Part shown: piece after piece, positions 63,517-64,000 of the stretch
Position numbering within the stretch: position 1 is the stretch's first letter
How the letters are laid out: each line of letters opens with the position of its first letter
DNA from: Caldisericales bacterium
Lineage (GTDB): Bacteria; Caldisericota; Caldisericia; JAAYUI01
DNA: 64,000 nt
Direction: 5' to 3'
NCBI GenBank assembly: GCA_012517765.1
Contig: JAAYUI010000026.1
Span: forward strand, 31,843-95,842
Translations under genes and position numbers: made by a program
Notes under the pieces: model-generated
Seen by the model: only the letters and a program-made list of their open reading frames with translations
Told to the model about the DNA's origin: nothing
Database searches by the model: none

Positions 63517-64000
63517 TCACCCCTCCAGACAATCGTTGCTCTTGAATCTCCAACGTCTCCGCCGAAAGCGACCGCCAATGCCCCAAGAGGGACCATTACC
63601 ACATTATCTTTTGCTTCAGGTGGATTGCAGAATGACGCTTTGCCATCCACTATGACGAATGGTTGCCCAATCATCATTAGAACAGATTTTTTGTCGAGTG
63701 TGAAAGTCAGGTTCTGCCCCTTCTTGTCAGATGCCATCCCATCGACAAGAATGCCAAGTTTTGAAGCATCAATCATTATCTCGCTATCGACAGTCTTGAA
63801 TGAAATGTCGGCAATTTTTTTGTCGTTCACCGTTATTCCGGTGTTGTCCCATGAGATTTCTGCTTTTCTGAGAGACTGGAGGGTGATAGTGTAGGTCGTT
63901 TTGAGGCCTGCTATGTTGATTGCAGTTATTGAAATCGGATTGTCACCCTTCTTCAGGGTGGTCTGGAAACTGAAACTGCCATTGTCCCCAAGCTCCAGTG
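63513..64000 (-). CDS. secreted or surface protein with C-terminal stalk-like domain, partial (N-terminus beyond window end)
   Basis: The ORF-track entry starts at GTG 63830, but my translation of the same frame upstream is open to the window edge (…LELGDNGSFSFQTTLKKGDNPISITAINIAGLKTTYTITLQSLRKAEISWDNTGITVNDKK…). The C-terminus NVVMVPLGALAVAFGGDV…ATIVW is stalk-like. Confidence 0.55.
   Translation of the reverse strand, partial: LELGDNGSFSFQTTLKKGDNPISITAINIAGLKTTYTITLQSLRKAEISWDNTGITVNDKKIADISFKTVDSEIMIDASKLGILVDGMASDKKGQNLTFTLDKKSVLMMIGQPFVIVDGKASFCNPPEAKDNVVMVPLGALAVAFGGDVGDSRATIVWRGD

Noticed and set aside
1-64000. Mobile elements, CRISPR arrays, defence systems, prophage or integrative elements
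   Set aside because: I found no transposase, integrase or recombinase-like translations. There are no Cas-like, restriction-like or toxin-antitoxin-like pairs, no regularly spaced direct repeats and no tRNA integration sites. The only nucleotide-level repeat seen is the paralog A/B tract.

Overview
This is a dense, mostly chromosomal-core window from a bacterium using the standard genetic code. I call 66 protein-coding genes and found no rRNA, tRNA, CRISPR array, transposase or integrase.

Lineage clues: the gene order hrcA...rsmE-mtaB...rpsU...pgpH-ybeY-dgkA resembles Bacillota. So do the many SLH, cohesin, dockerin and copper-amine-oxidase-N-like ('stalk') wall domains and a SpoIID homolog. 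A rubredoxin, rubrerythrin, desulfoferrodoxin and flavodiiron island points to an anaerobe.

Main blocks:
- clpC.
- An mgtE operon.
- A 9-gene O2/ROS/NO detoxification island (perR-rbr-dfx-ftn, ahpD::fRMsr fusion, fprA-hrb-TIGR02757).
- A housekeeping run from hrcA to tpiA.
- A tightly coupled 8-gene operon of unknown function (GNAT-PEGA-lipoprotein-TPR-miniTM-SSS symporter-2 lipoproteins).
- A LolCDE-like ABC operon with TlpA and DUF4920.
- A cmk::plsC fusion, arcC, pdxST, yebC, ruvCA.
- A 1444-aa S8/SLH protease coupled to a Fur-family gene, then cspA.
- A cluster of secreted CXXCH/EF-hand/stalk-domain paralogs.
- dnaN-recF-DUF721 followed by a cupin-type PGI.
- A 1709-aa PQQ-propeller protein with cohesin and dockerin, next to a cohesin/stalk protein.
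- spoIID and cvpA.

Most noteworthy observations:
1. The mgtE leader has no obvious M-box. It carries a strong-SD 23-codon proline-rich leader ORF and four segments with mutually exclusive pairings, the last of which sequesters the mgtE SD. This looks like an mgtL-style attenuator.
2. Three tandem paralogs combine a signal peptide, a CXXCH motif, a canonical EF-hand loop and a stalk domain. Related extracytoplasmic genes lie upstream.
3. A non-cellulosomal cohesin-dockerin pair sits on a giant propeller protein and its neighbour.

Many starts in the ORF track are over-extended. I re-set them using SD spacing and ATGA/GTGA/TTGA stop-start overlaps, which are pervasive here. All calls rest on reading the sequence and translated motifs by eye; no searches or folding programs were run.
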